This document shows, piece by piece, positions 17,216-26,465 of a DNA stretch of 36,310 bases. Numbering within the stretch: the first letter of the stretch is position 1; each line of letters starts with the position of its first letter. This DNA comes from a virus, in the IMG/VR virus record IMGVR_UViG_3300042273_000209, one strand, 5' to 3'. The translations under genes were made by a program, and so were the position numbers. A model generated the notes under the pieces. The model did no database searches and was not told where the DNA came from. It saw only the letters and a list, made by a program, of their open reading frames with translations.

Positions 17216-20200
17216 GGGCACTGCTTGGAGCGGCTTTTTCGTCAACGATAATCGGGTGGGGGCTGGCGGCAACATGGCTCGGAGCGATGATGATAGGAGC
17301 TTCCATCGGGAGTCTGTTTGACGCACAGGAAATTGACCTCGGAAATTCCACACCGAACTACGCCTTCGGACAGCTTTCCAATACGAAGAGTCAGCTTCTC
17401 CCGGTCCCGATCGTGTACGGGCGTTGTCGCATGGGCGGGAACGTGTTCATGCAAACGTTTTATGACGACTCCATGCAGAAGATGGACATGTTTGTCGGCG
17501 TCTCGGAGGGTCCGATTCAGTCGATAAAATCCGTGTACGCGAATGATGTTGTGCTCATTGATGAGAACGGCGACGAGGTTCACGAGCTTGTCGAAAGCTC
17601 GCTTAATCTCCATCTTGGAGCGCCGGACCAGGTAGCCGACAGCCGCGACCCCGGCGGGAACGCCTATCCGAACACGGCATATGTCGCCCTTACCCTCAAG
17701 GCGCAAGACAGACTAACGGGCAACCCGGTCATATCCTCCATCGTGGAGGGACGAAAAGTTTGGACGCCTGCGGGGACAGTATTTTCTCGTAATCCTGCGT
17801 GGATCGTGTACGACTTCCTGACGAATACCCGCTACGGCGTTGGCATTCCAACAGACCTGATAGACCTCGACAGCTTCACGGCGGCGGCTACGTATTGCGA
17901 CGCGCCGATTGACGGTGGGCCGCGATTCACGCTGGACTACATCATCGACACTCAGCGCCCTGCCGTGGACCATTTGCAGGCTATGTTGGGCTGCTTCCGA
18001 GGGTACTTTCTCGCCCGTGACAAGATCGAATTGCACGTCGAGCAGGCCGGGAGTGTGTACAAGGCCCTGACTCCGGACAACTTTGTCAAGAACTCTTTCA
18101 TGTGGTGGCAGAAGAGCGGTGACGACAGCCCGAACAGGATCGTCATCGAGTGGGTCGACCCGAACAACCACTACGAGCAGAGTTCCGCGCCGTTCGAGAT
18201 CCAAGAGGACATTGCCGCTCGCGGGGTGTACGAGAAATCCATCTCCCTGCTCGGAGTCACGCGCCCGGAGCAGGTGGGGCGGCTTGGAAATTACCTGCTT
18301 GAAACGGCGAAGCGGGTACAGAACTTCTGCGCGTTCCAAGTTTCGCTGAAGGATGCGGATATCGAGGCCGGGGAGATCGTCAGCATCACCTACCCCGACT
18401 TCACCGGGTGGAGCGCAAAGCCCTTTAGAGTGCTGGCCGTGCAGGACGAAGGACAGACTGGGAACGTCACCATCACCTGCGCGGAATACGATGCGGCGGT
18501 GTACTCCGACGATGGGCTGAACGTCGATAGCCCGATCCAGGACAGTCCGCCGGTCACGTATGACGACGTGTACGCGCTGGTGTTGGAGGACGTAGGGCAT
18601 CAAGAGGGCGATGGTACATGGGTTCCGATCATCAGAGCGACATGGCAAAATCCATCCGACTACACGCCGACGGCGATTAATGTACGGTGGCGATATGTTG
18701 CGGACGAAGGAGAGCCGGAAGAGGAATGGACGCTTCACGTCAACAGTACGCGCCTGATAACGCAGACCAACATTCCAAGCCTTAAAACCGGGCGCGAAGT
18801 CGAAGTCTGGGTGAATTGCGTTCGACCGGACACCGGGACGGAAACGACCGGAAAAACGGCGTCGATCATCGTAGGGAAAGACGTGGAAGCCCCCGACGCA
18901 CCGACTGGACTAACGGCTACGGGATGGTTCGGTTCGATCATCCTTGAATGGATAAATCCGACCGCGCCCGACTTGTCTCATATCGAAATCTGGGAAAACG
19001 CGGTCGACGACCGGGACACCGCAGTAAAAATTGCCGAGACAAAAGGGACGTCATACCAGCGGTATGTGGGTTCGTTCATCACCCGCTACTATTGGGTGAG
19101 GGCGGTGGATTTATCAGGCAATATCGGGCCATGGAACGCCCTGGCGGGCACGGCGGGCAACTCCGACCAGGAGAACCATCAGGTTTTCGTGGATCTGTTG
19201 CTTGAGGAAAACCCGTATCTGAACAAGGCCATCGACGATCTGAACACGCGGATCGATCCGATAGAAGTAGATATCGGAGATATTACCGGCAGGCTGGAGA
19301 CCGTCGAAGTTGATCTTCCCGGAGCGGTACAGCGGCTCGCGGAGAGAATGAAGGAAATCGACGCGGACGTTATGGATCAACTTCGCTCCGTCTCCGCGTC
19401 TGCGGTCGATGCGTTGCTGAACATCGCTGAGATCGGGCAGCGAATCACGGACGCCGGGATTGTGGTGGACCCGGACAGCGGCGAGGTCAGAATCTGGGCC
19501 GTCGATCAGCTACGAACGGAGCACGGAGTTAGGCTGTCGAATGCGGAACAGCTTATCAGCGCCCAAGCCGGCATAATCTCGCAAAAGGTCGGGATTGCGG
19601 ACGTAGACGCAAGGATTGCCGAAGCGGTATTCGGAGACGTCGGCGAGTTGTTGGTATCAGGGCTTGAGGCACACATCACGAGCGTCGAGCAGGAGCTTAA
19701 CGCCGCGAAAGCGGAATTGACGCAGAAGGCTAACAGCATAGAAGTAGATGAGATAGGCGGACGTGTAGGTACTGCGGAAACGGAAATCTCAGGGCTTAAG
19801 GCGTCCGTTGCGTTGAAGGCGAATCAGGAAGAGGTGGACGAACTCACTTCCAGAGTGACAACCGCTGAATCTACGGTTGACGCCCTAAACGGAACCATCG
19901 GCTCGGAAATAGTCGCCATCGGTCAGGAAGGGCGTGACCTGGCGAATCTCACCGCCGAGGGTTTGGTAGAAGCCATCCTCAACGATGCGGACAACCACGA
20001 TAGGTCCAAGGTAAGCCTCGCTATGGCAAAAGAGGAGTTGTACGCCAATATAGAGGATGGGCTAGAAGCCGAGGCAGGCCAGAGGGCGGAACTTGCCGCT
20101 GTGGTTGACGACAACAAGGCACTGATACTCGAAGAGAAGGCGGTTAGAGCCACGCAGGACGAAGCAATAGCGTCCTCTGTGGAGTTATTGACCGCCAGGG

Positions 20201-21360
20201 TAGGAGATGCAGAAACATCCGTCCAGACCGAAGCCGAAGCGAGGTCTACGGAAACAGCGTCCCAGGGTGCTTATACCTTTAACATGATCTCCAAGCTTAC
20301 GGGGGAAACAGCGGAGGCCGTCGTCGAGGACATTCTGAATCAAGCTGAGGGTAGAGACGTCGCCAAGGAACAATATGCCATTATCCGTGAAGAGTACGAT
20401 ACTAAGATAGAAGAAGGCATATCGTCCGAGGCTAGCAAACGAGAGCTGTTGGCCGTGAAGTTAGATGAAACAGAAGCCGCTATACAGGAAGAGGCATATA
20501 CCCGCGCCACGCAGTACGAAGCAACTTCCGCCCGGATTGCGACCGTGACGGCAACGGTCGAGAATAATCTGGCCGCGATCCAAAACGAGGTTACGGCACG
20601 GGCGGATGCAGACTCAGCTCTAGCCTCTAATGTATCAACATTGTCAACCACGGTCGGAAGTAATACCTCTGCAATACAGACAATTGACAGTTCAGTTGAC
20701 GGAATTAAATCAAAACACGCCGTAAAGATAGACACAAACGGGTACGTTACAGGCTATGAACTTATTGGCACTGGCGCATCAAGCTCCATGGTATTCCATG
20801 TTGATAATTTTCTAGTCGGCAAGCCAGGGACAACAAACAAGTATCCATTTGTCATTGGTACGGTTGACGGTGTATCACGGGTTTCCATGAACAATGCATT
20901 CATCCAAGATGCGGCGATCAGCTCAGCGAAGATTAAGGACGCCAACGTTGGGACGTTAAAAATCGAGGGGAACGCTGTTTCTGTCCTGGCGGTGGCATCT
21001 GGAGACTCAAAGATAGACCTAGGGGTCATGGGTAGTGATACGTATCACCAGGTGCTCTCTCTCACTGTATCAACCCTGGCGGGCTATCCAATGATGATTA
21101 ACTTTACAGCTTCTACCGAGGTAGTCGAGTCTACAATGGCTCTCCGTCTGACACGTAACGGATCTGTTTTATCTGGGCAGGATGAGATTTGGATCACCCA
21201 ATTTGGATACTCTGGGGCGAGGTTTGCGACTGCCTACACGTTCGTAGACAAATATCCCCCCGGAGGGAACAATACCTATGCTATCTACCTCAAAAAGGTT
21301 GGAGGATTGGCGGTTAGAGTCTTTAATCGAGCACTTACAGCATTGCACGTCAAGAGGTGA
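17197..21360 (+). CDS. Host specificity / central tail fibre protein (lambda J-like)
   Basis: About 1387 aa; NPAWIVYDFLTNTRYGVGI motif; GAGGGAGG RBS before ATG 17197. Confidence 0.8.
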   Translation: MPGAAIGALLGAAFSSTIIGWGLAATWLGAMMIGASIGSLFDAQEIDLGNSTPNYAFGQLSNTKSQLLPVPIVYGRCRMGGNVFMQTFYDDSMQKMDMFVGVSEGPIQSIKSVYANDVVLIDENGDEVHELVESSLNLHLGAPDQVADSRDPGGNAYPNTAYVALTLKAQDRLTGNPVISSIVEGRKVWTPAGTVFSRNPAWIVYDFLTNTRYGVGIPTDLIDLDSFTAAATYCDAPIDGGPRFTLDYIIDTQRPAVDHLQAMLGCFRGYFLARDKIELHVEQAGSVYKALTPDNFVKNSFMWWQKSGDDSPNRIVIEWVDPNNHYEQSSAPFEIQEDIAARGVYEKSISLLGVTRPEQVGRLGNYLLETAKRVQNFCAFQVSLKDADIEAGEIVSITYPDFTGWSAKPFRVLAVQDEGQTGNVTITCAEYDAAVYSDDGLNVDSPIQDSPPVTYDDVYALVLEDVGHQEGDGTWVPIIRATWQNPSDYTPTAINVRWRYVADEGEPEEEWTLHVNSTRLITQTNIPSLKTGREVEVWVNCVRPDTGTETTGKTASIIVGKDVEAPDAPTGLTATGWFGSIILEWINPTAPDLSHIEIWENAVDDRDTAVKIAETKGTSYQRYVGSFITRYYWVRAVDLSGNIGPWNALAGTAGNSDQENHQVFVDLLLEENPYLNKAIDDLNTRIDPIEVDIGDITGRLETVEVDLPGAVQRLAERMKEIDADVMDQLRSVSASAVDALLNIAEIGQRITDAGIVVDPDSGEVRIWAVDQLRTEHGVRLSNAEQLISAQAGIISQKVGIADVDARIAEAVFGDVGELLVSGLEAHITSVEQELNAAKAELTQKANSIEVDEIGGRVGTAETEISGLKASVALKANQEEVDELTSRVTTAESTVDALNGTIGSEIVAIGQEGRDLANLTAEGLVEAILNDADNHDRSKVSLAMAKEELYANIEDGLEAEAGQRAELAAVVDDNKALILEEKAVRATQDEAIASSVELLTARVGDAETSVQTEAEARSTETASQGAYTFNMISKLTGETAEAVVEDILNQAEGRDVAKEQYAIIREEYDTKIEEGISSEASKRELLAVKLDETEAAIQEEAYTRATQYEATSARIATVTATVENNLAAIQNEVTARADADSALASNVSTLSTTVGSNTSAIQTIDSSVDGIKSKHAVKIDTNGYVTGYELIGTGASSSMVFHVDNFLVGKPGTTNKYPFVIGTVDGVSRVSMNNAFIQDAAISSAKIKDANVGTLKIEGNAVSVLAVASGDSKIDLGVMGSDTYHQVLSLTVSTLAGYPMMINFTASTEVVESTMALRLTRNGSVLSGQDEIWITQFGYSGARFATAYTFVDKYPPGGNNTYAIYLKKVGGLAVRVFNRALTALHVKR

Positions 21361-21364
21361 TGAA

Positions 21365-21688
21365 ATGAAAGAATGGACAGAGTTTGATCCGGACGGGCGA
21401 TACTTTCAAAACTGTAGCTCGACCGATAAGGTTAACCCCTCGACGCAATATTACGTCTTAGGGGAGTACGACGACACCTATTATTATGCTGACGGCAAAG
21501 CCATATCTAGGCCGCAGCTCCCTATAACCGTCGCAGGCTCAGTTATTTCAGGCATACCGCAAGGCGCAACGGTCACACTCGGTGAGCAGTCTTTCATTAT
21601 TGATGATGGTGAAGCTGACATCGAGGGATACACAGGGGTAGTTAAAATCACATGCTGGCCCTACCGCGATGCAGAGGTGGAGATATGA
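21365..21688 (+). CDS. Hypothetical tail-associated protein
   Basis: GAGGTG RBS; follows J-like gene. Confidence 0.5.
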   Translation: MKEWTEFDPDGRYFQNCSSTDKVNPSTQYYVLGEYDDTYYYADGKAISRPQLPITVAGSVISGIPQGATVTLGEQSFIIDDGEADIEGYTGVVKITCWPYRDAEVEI

Positions 21689-21882
21689 AAATAAAATACA
21701 AGCCAACCTCTGCGGAGGTGCGGAAAAAGCGGAAAGCGGAATATTTATCAAAGTATCCGATTGAGATCCAACTTGAGGCAATTACGGAAGCGGCGATGGG
21801 GCGCACGACAAAATTAGATGAATTGGTCAAGGGGCTCTCTGACATCAGGGAGTCCCTGCCATTCTCAGAGGAGGTTGAATAA
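21685..21882 (+). CDS. Hypothetical small protein
   Basis: ATGA coupling; GAGGTGGAG RBS. Confidence 0.45.
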   Translation: MKIKYKPTSAEVRKKRKAEYLSKYPIEIQLEAITEAAMGRTTKLDELVKGLSDIRESLPFSEEVE

Positions 21883-23195
21883 TGAGCTGGTATAGAACAG
21901 GAACCGTAGCCGTAACGAACGGTTCCAAGACCGTCACTGGGGTCGGAACGCTCTGGACAACCGCTGTCAATGCGGGGGATGCATTCGCCCTTGTGGACGC
22001 AAATCTGAACCCTACGGGCGCATGGTACGAGGTGGAGTCCGTCACGAACAATACGACTCTGGTGCTGAAACAGTCCTATACGGGGAGCACCGGGAGTAAT
22101 AAGCAATACTGCGTGTTCAATCTTGTGGGCAACATGACCACACCGAGCTTCGCCCAGCGGTTGGCGCAGTTTTTCGACAGTTTCCAAGGGTTGCTCGACC
22201 AGCCGACCACCACGCCCACGGCATCCAGCATCCCGATCGCCGACGGCAGCGGCAAATTGGCCGCTGGATGGCTCCCGGCAGCCACGACATCGGCCTCCGG
22301 CGTGGTCGAGCTGGCGACCGCAGCCGAGGCGCAGGCTGGGACCGACTCCGTGCGGGCGGTGACTTCTTCGGGGCTGCGTGCGGCGCTGCTGGCAGCCGCC
22401 CTTAACTATGGGTTTCACCCATCGCTAACTAATGCAGCACCGGCTGATCTCAATACGTTGCTGACCCCTGGTATATATACCGGGCCTGGCGTATCAGGCA
22501 CATCCAGCTGGCCGGGCGTCAACACCAAGTATGGCTACGTAATCGTGCTTCAGCGGTCGAGCATGCAAGTAATGCAGATGGTGCTGTACCCGTCGTCGAC
22601 GGGGGTAGAATTTTACATCCGTGCATACACTGACGGCACCTGGACAGCATGGAATGTCTTTGCGCCACCGACTCTCGCCGCCACCTCCACCGACGATGCC
22701 ACATCGGCAACTGCGGCTCCGCTGAAGAGTGCGGGGGGGCTGGCGGTGGCTAAGGATGCTTGGGTGGGGGGCGATACCCGACTTACTGCGGGAGGAATCC
22801 ATGGTGGAGGTGTCCTTAATAAGACATTTTGGCATGACTTGCCAGATGCGGGGACGTACAAAATAAAAATTGCCTCTCAAGCGTATATAATTGGGGCATT
22901 GGATATCTCTGTATTTGGAACATACGGAACAACTAACAGAGAAGGGTATGCCAGCTACAAGGTCCTATTTAATAGGACTGTTGACTCCATAACTATAATC
23001 CCCGTGCAGGCACCAAAGGATACTGGGGGATCTTTTACAACAGGATATTCTTTTAATGTAGCTAAACCAGATACCGACACATTAGAAATAGCAATTACAA
23101 AAGGATCTGGTGCCATTTATTACGTGGGTATTCAGGGAGTTTTTACACACCCCCACTTCGCAAAAACTGTAACAACCGAGTTTATCCCAGCATAA
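21882..23195 (+). CDS. Tail fibre protein with low-GC C-terminal domain
   Basis: ATTSASGVVELATAAEAQAGTDSVRAVTSSGLRAAL fibre motif; composition shift near 22800. Confidence 0.7.
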   Translation: MSWYRTGTVAVTNGSKTVTGVGTLWTTAVNAGDAFALVDANLNPTGAWYEVESVTNNTTLVLKQSYTGSTGSNKQYCVFNLVGNMTTPSFAQRLAQFFDSFQGLLDQPTTTPTASSIPIADGSGKLAAGWLPAATTSASGVVELATAAEAQAGTDSVRAVTSSGLRAALLAAALNYGFHPSLTNAAPADLNTLLTPGIYTGPGVSGTSSWPGVNTKYGYVIVLQRSSMQVMQMVLYPSSTGVEFYIRAYTDGTWTAWNVFAPPTLAATSTDDATSATAAPLKSAGGLAVAKDAWVGGDTRLTAGGIHGGGVLNKTFWHDLPDAGTYKIKIASQAYIIGALDISVFGTYGTTNREGYASYKVLFNRTVDSITIIPVQAPKDTGGSFTTGYSFNVAKPDTDTLEIAITKGSGAIYYVGIQGVFTHPHFAKTVTTEFIPA

Positions 23196-23210
23196 AAGGA
23201 GAATGCATAC

Positions 23211-23420
23211 ATGTTAAATAAACTTGACTCGCTCCACCAGGACGTATCCCAGGCAATCATCCAGCTCCGAGAGTTGGAGCGGTACAAGGATGACTTTACA
23301 GTCGCTAAAAAGGCCGAACTACAGGCCACGATCAACCGCCTCCTCGGCGACGCACAGCGGAAGATGGACACCGTAGAGGACCACAGGGCAGATGGTACAT
23401 GGGAATCCTCTGGGGAATAG
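23211..23420 (+). CDS. Hypothetical protein (coiled-coil-like)
   Basis: AAGGAGA RBS. Confidence 0.4.
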   Translation: MLNKLDSLHQDVSQAIIQLRELERYKDDFTVAKKAELQATINRLLGDAQRKMDTVEDHRADGTWESSGE

Positions 23421-23713
23421 TCCCTCTCCTCGTCCATGAAGGCGCCCATTACCTGGCGGCCTTCCTGGTGGGGAGCCGCCTTCGTTTTCGCTTTTCGTGG
23501 GGGCGGTTGGGACCGGTCAAGGTACCCAGGTGGACATGGACGTGGCCGGACACGACGCCCCAAAAAATACGTTTCATCTGTCAGGCCGGGTTCCTTCTGG
23601 AGCTCGGCCTGATCCCGTTTGCTCCCTGGCAGTATCAGGCGGTGGCCATTATCCATTTTGCCGCTTATCCCTGGTATGCCGGGGATCACAGCGATTTCAG
23701 GGGGATGATCTGA
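23399..23713 (+). CDS. Small membrane protein with HExxH motif (HEGAH) in first hydrophobic helix
   Basis: ILWGIVPLLVHEGAHYLAAFLVG; immediately upstream of endolysin. Confidence 0.4.
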   Translation: MGILWGIVPLLVHEGAHYLAAFLVGSRLRFRFSWGRLGPVKVPRWTWTWPDTTPQKIRFICQAGFLLELGLIPFAPWQYQAVAIIHFAAYPWYAGDHSDFRGMI

Positions 23714-24261
23714 TGGCGCGATTTGACGATTGTCTACAGGTGGTGCTGGGCTTCGAGGGCGGGTACAGCCACCACGAGGCCGACCGGGGAGGCCGCACGA
23801 ACTGGGGCATCACGGAGGCGACGCTAAAAGAGGCCCGCAAGCGCGGCATCGTGGGTCACTCCGACATTGCGCGACTCAAAACCCACGAGGCCGCAGCCAT
23901 CTATGAGGCGCTCTACTGGGTGCCGTCTCGGGCCGACGACATGCCGCAGCCGCTCGACCTCGTCGTCTTCGACTGCGCCGTTAACCACGGCGTCGGGGGG
24001 GCCGGTCGCCTCCTGCAGGAGGCGGTCAACGCCGTGATGGACGCCGATCTTGTGGTGGATGGAATCGTCGGACCGGCGACACAGCGAGAGTTAATGAAAG
24101 CCCTGGCTGCCAATCGCCCCGAGGCGCTGGCCCTGGCTATGCTGGCCATGAGGGCCCGCTATTTCGTCCGTATCGTCGAGGGCAACCCCAGTCAGCGGGC
24201 GTTTTTCTGGGGCTGGGTGCGTCAGAGAGTGGCCAACCTTATCGACAAGCTCAGGAGGTGA
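23713..24261 (+). CDS. Endolysin, glycoside hydrolase family 108-like with peptidoglycan-binding C-terminus
   Basis: VLGFEGGYSHHEADRGGRTNWGIT motif. Confidence 0.8.
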   Translation: MARFDDCLQVVLGFEGGYSHHEADRGGRTNWGITEATLKEARKRGIVGHSDIARLKTHEAAAIYEALYWVPSRADDMPQPLDLVVFDCAVNHGVGGAGRLLQEAVNAVMDADLVVDGIVGPATQRELMKALAANRPEALALAMLAMRARYFVRIVEGNPSQRAFFWGWVRQRVANLIDKLRR

Positions 24262-24267
24262 GGCCCT

Positions 24268-24585
24268 GTGAGCGAGGATAGAGTGTATGGACTCCAGCAG
24301 GACATTGAGGAGATAAAGGACAGTTTAAAGGAACTGGCCAAGGCATACACGGAACTGGCCCTCCACAACCAGCGTCTCGTGACGTTGGAACAAGGGCTCC
24401 AGGGTATCACCAAGGACGTCCGGCGCATACAGGAGACATGCCTCGTGCGGGGCGCAAAGTTAGACCGACTGGGCGAGGCCCCCCAGGACTGGTGGGAGCG
24501 GAACTTCTCGTCCGCCGGGGTTAAATTACTCTGGCTCGTCGTCGGCGGCATCGTGGGGACGATCATCGCGAGGTATGCGAGATGA
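24268..24585 (+). CDS. Lysis-cassette protein, coiled coil plus C-terminal TM helix
   Basis: GTG start after GGAGGTGAGG; C-terminal VKLLWLVVGGIVGTIIA. Confidence 0.45.
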   Translation: MSEDRVYGLQQDIEEIKDSLKELAKAYTELALHNQRLVTLEQGLQGITKDVRRIQETCLVRGAKLDRLGEAPQDWWERNFSSAGVKLLWLVVGGIVGTIIARYAR

Positions 24586-24809
24586 AGAATATCGCACAAT
24601 GGCCGTTGCGAAAACCGTTAGCGCTGTTCGCCGCCGCACTCGTGGGCGGCGTCGTCGTCTGGAGCCTGGTCTGTCAACGCGATATCCCGCCCAACGTCAA
24701 GGATCTGACTCAGTGGTTCGCGGGTATCGTCCTGGCGGCCTATTTCGCGTCGAGCACGACGGAGGCGGTGAAGGGGGTCGAGAAGCGATGTCCGAGCGAC
24801 GGTGGCTAG
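24582..24809 (+). CDS. Holin-like protein (two TM segments)
   Basis: ATGA coupling; two hydrophobic helices in 75 aa. Confidence 0.5.
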   Translation: MKNIAQWPLRKPLALFAAALVGGVVVWSLVCQRDIPPNVKDLTQWFAGIVLAAYFASSTTEAVKGVEKRCPSDGG

Positions 24810-25060
24810 GCTGGCTGGCGGCTCTGGCGACAGCTCTGGCCTGGCTCGCTCGGGAGCTGCTTGTGGGCAAGACGCAGGAGCCCAAGCCCGTCGAGAGGAC
24901 AAAGGAGAAGGAGCGAGAGATTGTGGACGAAAGGGGGCGACACGATGAGGAGATCAGGAACGCAGAGGACGAGGCTCGTCGCCTGGTCGATGCTGCTGGC
25001 CTCGACGATCTTGTGGCTCGTGCCAATGAGCGTCTGCGCCGAAGTGAGGGTGACAGCTGA
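24788..25060 (+). CDS. i-spanin-like protein (N-terminal TM, charged coiled coil)
   Basis: MSERRWLGWLAALATALAWLA then KE/R-rich helix. Confidence 0.4.
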   Translation: MSERRWLGWLAALATALAWLARELLVGKTQEPKPVERTKEKEREIVDERGRHDEEIRNAEDEARRLVDAAGLDDLVARANERLRRSEGDS

Positions 25061-25322
25061 CGGCGAGGTCGTGATGACGGCTGAGGATTTCCGGGCGATC
25101 ATGGCTGACCTGGAGGCAGCAGAGGCGACGCGAGACGCCCTTGATGCCGCTCTCGCCACGGAGAGGGCGCGGGTGGACGACTACATGCTGGAGGTAGAGT
25201 CGCTGAGGTCCATCCTTGAGATCGAGAGGGACTCGTTCCGATCGGCGAGGCTTTCGGCAACAAAAGACAAATTCATCTGGGGATTCGTGGGGGCCCTCCT
25301 CGGGGCCGCCGCGAATAACTAG
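24945..25322 (+). CDS. o-spanin or u-spanin-like protein overlapping previous gene in another frame
   Basis: N-terminal signal-like segment ending LVPMSVC, coiled coil, C-terminal hydrophobic tail. Confidence 0.35.
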   Translation: MRRSGTQRTRLVAWSMLLASTILWLVPMSVCAEVRVTADGEVVMTAEDFRAIMADLEAAEATRDALDAALATERARVDDYMLEVESLRSILEIERDSFRSARLSATKDKFIWGFVGALLGAAANN

Positions 25323-25339
25323 GGAGAGGAGGTGGAGCA

Positions 25340-25459
25340 ATGAATAGTTTCGTAGCGCTGATTCTGGCCATGGCCTGTTTTGCCGGATTCATCCTGGCGC
25401 TTGACGCGCGCAAACGGAAGGCCCTCCAGAAGCAGATTGATGAGCTAAAGAAAAGATGA
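25340..25459 (+). CDS. Small TM peptide (39 aa)
   Basis: Strong GGAGAGGAGGTGGAG RBS; one TM helix; followed by terminator. Confidence 0.3.
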   Translation: MNSFVALILAMACFAGFILALDARKRKALQKQIDELKKR

Positions 25460-25463
25460 TGGC

Positions 25464-25496
25464 AAGAGTCCCCCTTTAGGGGGCTCTTTTTTTTTG
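25464..25496 (+). terminator. Rho-independent terminator ending the plus-strand late/lysis unit
   Basis: GC hairpin followed by 9 T. Confidence 0.7.
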
Positions 25497-25509
25497 CCTC
25501 CCTTCCACA

Positions 25510-25540
25510 ATAAAAAAGAGGGGCCTTTCGGCCCCTCTCT
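25510..25540 (-). terminator. Rho-independent terminator ending the minus-strand block
   Basis: Minus strand reads gaggggcc-gaaa-ggcccctc then TTTTTT. Confidence 0.7.
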
Positions 25541-25677
25541 CTCGCGGTGAAAAACTTACACTCGTCCATGTGTCTTCCTCCTCCCTCTCTACCAGCATCT
25601 CCACCCTGGGGTGTGATGTTGCCGGGCTTGTAGGCGCACCGGCGGCCTATGTCCCCTTTGGGGCTCGCTTTCTGCCC

Positions 25678-25974
25678 CTACAAATGCGTATACAGCCCTG
25701 TTTCGGCTGCGAAGACTGCCTGGAGCTGGTCGAAGTAAATGCCTTCGACCGTCTCCTCCGTTTCGACGTCTCCCCACTTCCCCAGCTTGCAAAACCGGAG
25801 GTCGTAGACGTCGGCTGGGGTCAATGTGACCTCCAGGTAGTTATACCTTGCGGATCCCCTGAATTTAAATCGCAGGGAATCCCTTGTAGCCACAAGGTGT
25901 TTTGCACCAGTCATGGCGACAAACATGTTGCCGCCGAGCTGGTCCAGTATCGTCGTTGCTACGGTGGTGTCCAT
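25678..25974 (-). CDS. Hypothetical protein (minus-strand block gene a)
   Basis: GGGGGAGG RBS upstream; balanced composition unlike antisense frames. Confidence 0.6.
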   Translation of the reverse strand: MDTTVATTILDQLGGNMFVAMTGAKHLVATRDSLRFKFRGSARYNYLEVTLTPADVYDLRFCKLGKWGDVETEETVEGIYFDQLQAVFAAETGLYTHL

Positions 25975-26006
25975 TTTCGTCCTCCCCCTTGTTTTTTTAC
26001 CTGACG

Positions 26007-26059
26007 GGCCTCATCAGTGGCGGCGTCACCGCCAGACGCCCGCGAAGGGCGTTTCGGCC
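26007..26059 (-). ncRNA. Type II hammerhead ribozyme motif, copy 1
   Basis: Minus strand: ggcc-GAAA-stem III (cgccc/gggcg)-UC cleavage site-stem I (uggcgg/ccgcca)-CUGAUGA-ggcc; all core nucleotides present. Confidence 0.55.
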
Positions 26060-26089
26060 TAGGCTTCCTCCTCGTCGGGGATATAGTCG

Positions 26090-26127
26090 ACCTTTCGGTG
26101 AAGATGCCAGGGGCCCTTCGGCCCCTG
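26090..26127 (-). repeat. Intercistronic repeat element A (hairpin plus aucuucaccgaaaggu box)
   Basis: Same 16-nt box and flanking GC hairpin recur at 26466-26505. Confidence 0.5.
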
Positions 26128-26144
26128 CCCCCTGGCATTAAGTT

Positions 26145-26435
26145 CTACAGCTCGATGACGTCCGGTGCGTCGCGCAGGATTTTCATGTACCGCAGATGCT
26201 GGTACATGTACTGCGGACCCTGGTTGATCTCGACGACCTCGACCTGGCCGCCGAGGGGTGTGGTGTGCAGAGTGACAACCTCTTCGATGCCCTCGCTGAC
26301 CTCCTCGCGGCTTGCCTCGGCCTCCTCGGTGCCCTCGGGCAGGGCGATGGCGATCCCGTCCTCGTCGCTGCCGGGGTACGTCTCCCAGAACTCCATGTGG
26401 CCCGGAATACGGGAACTCTCGATCCAAAATCCCAT
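26145..26435 (-). CDS. Hypothetical acidic protein (gene b)
   Basis: AAGGAGGG RBS upstream. Confidence 0.6.
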   Translation of the reverse strand: MGFWIESSRIPGHMEFWETYPGSDEDGIAIALPEGTEEAEASREEVSEGIEEVVTLHTTPLGGQVEVVEINQGPQYMYQHLRYMKILRDAPDVIEL

Positions 26436-26465
26436 GGCGATCCCTCCTTTTAGGGGCTATATGCA

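Noticed and set aside
17713-18738. 341-aa minus-strand ORF
   Set aside because: Lies entirely antisense within the J-like tail gene; Arg/Pro-rich translation typical of off-frame GC-rich sequence; no RBS.
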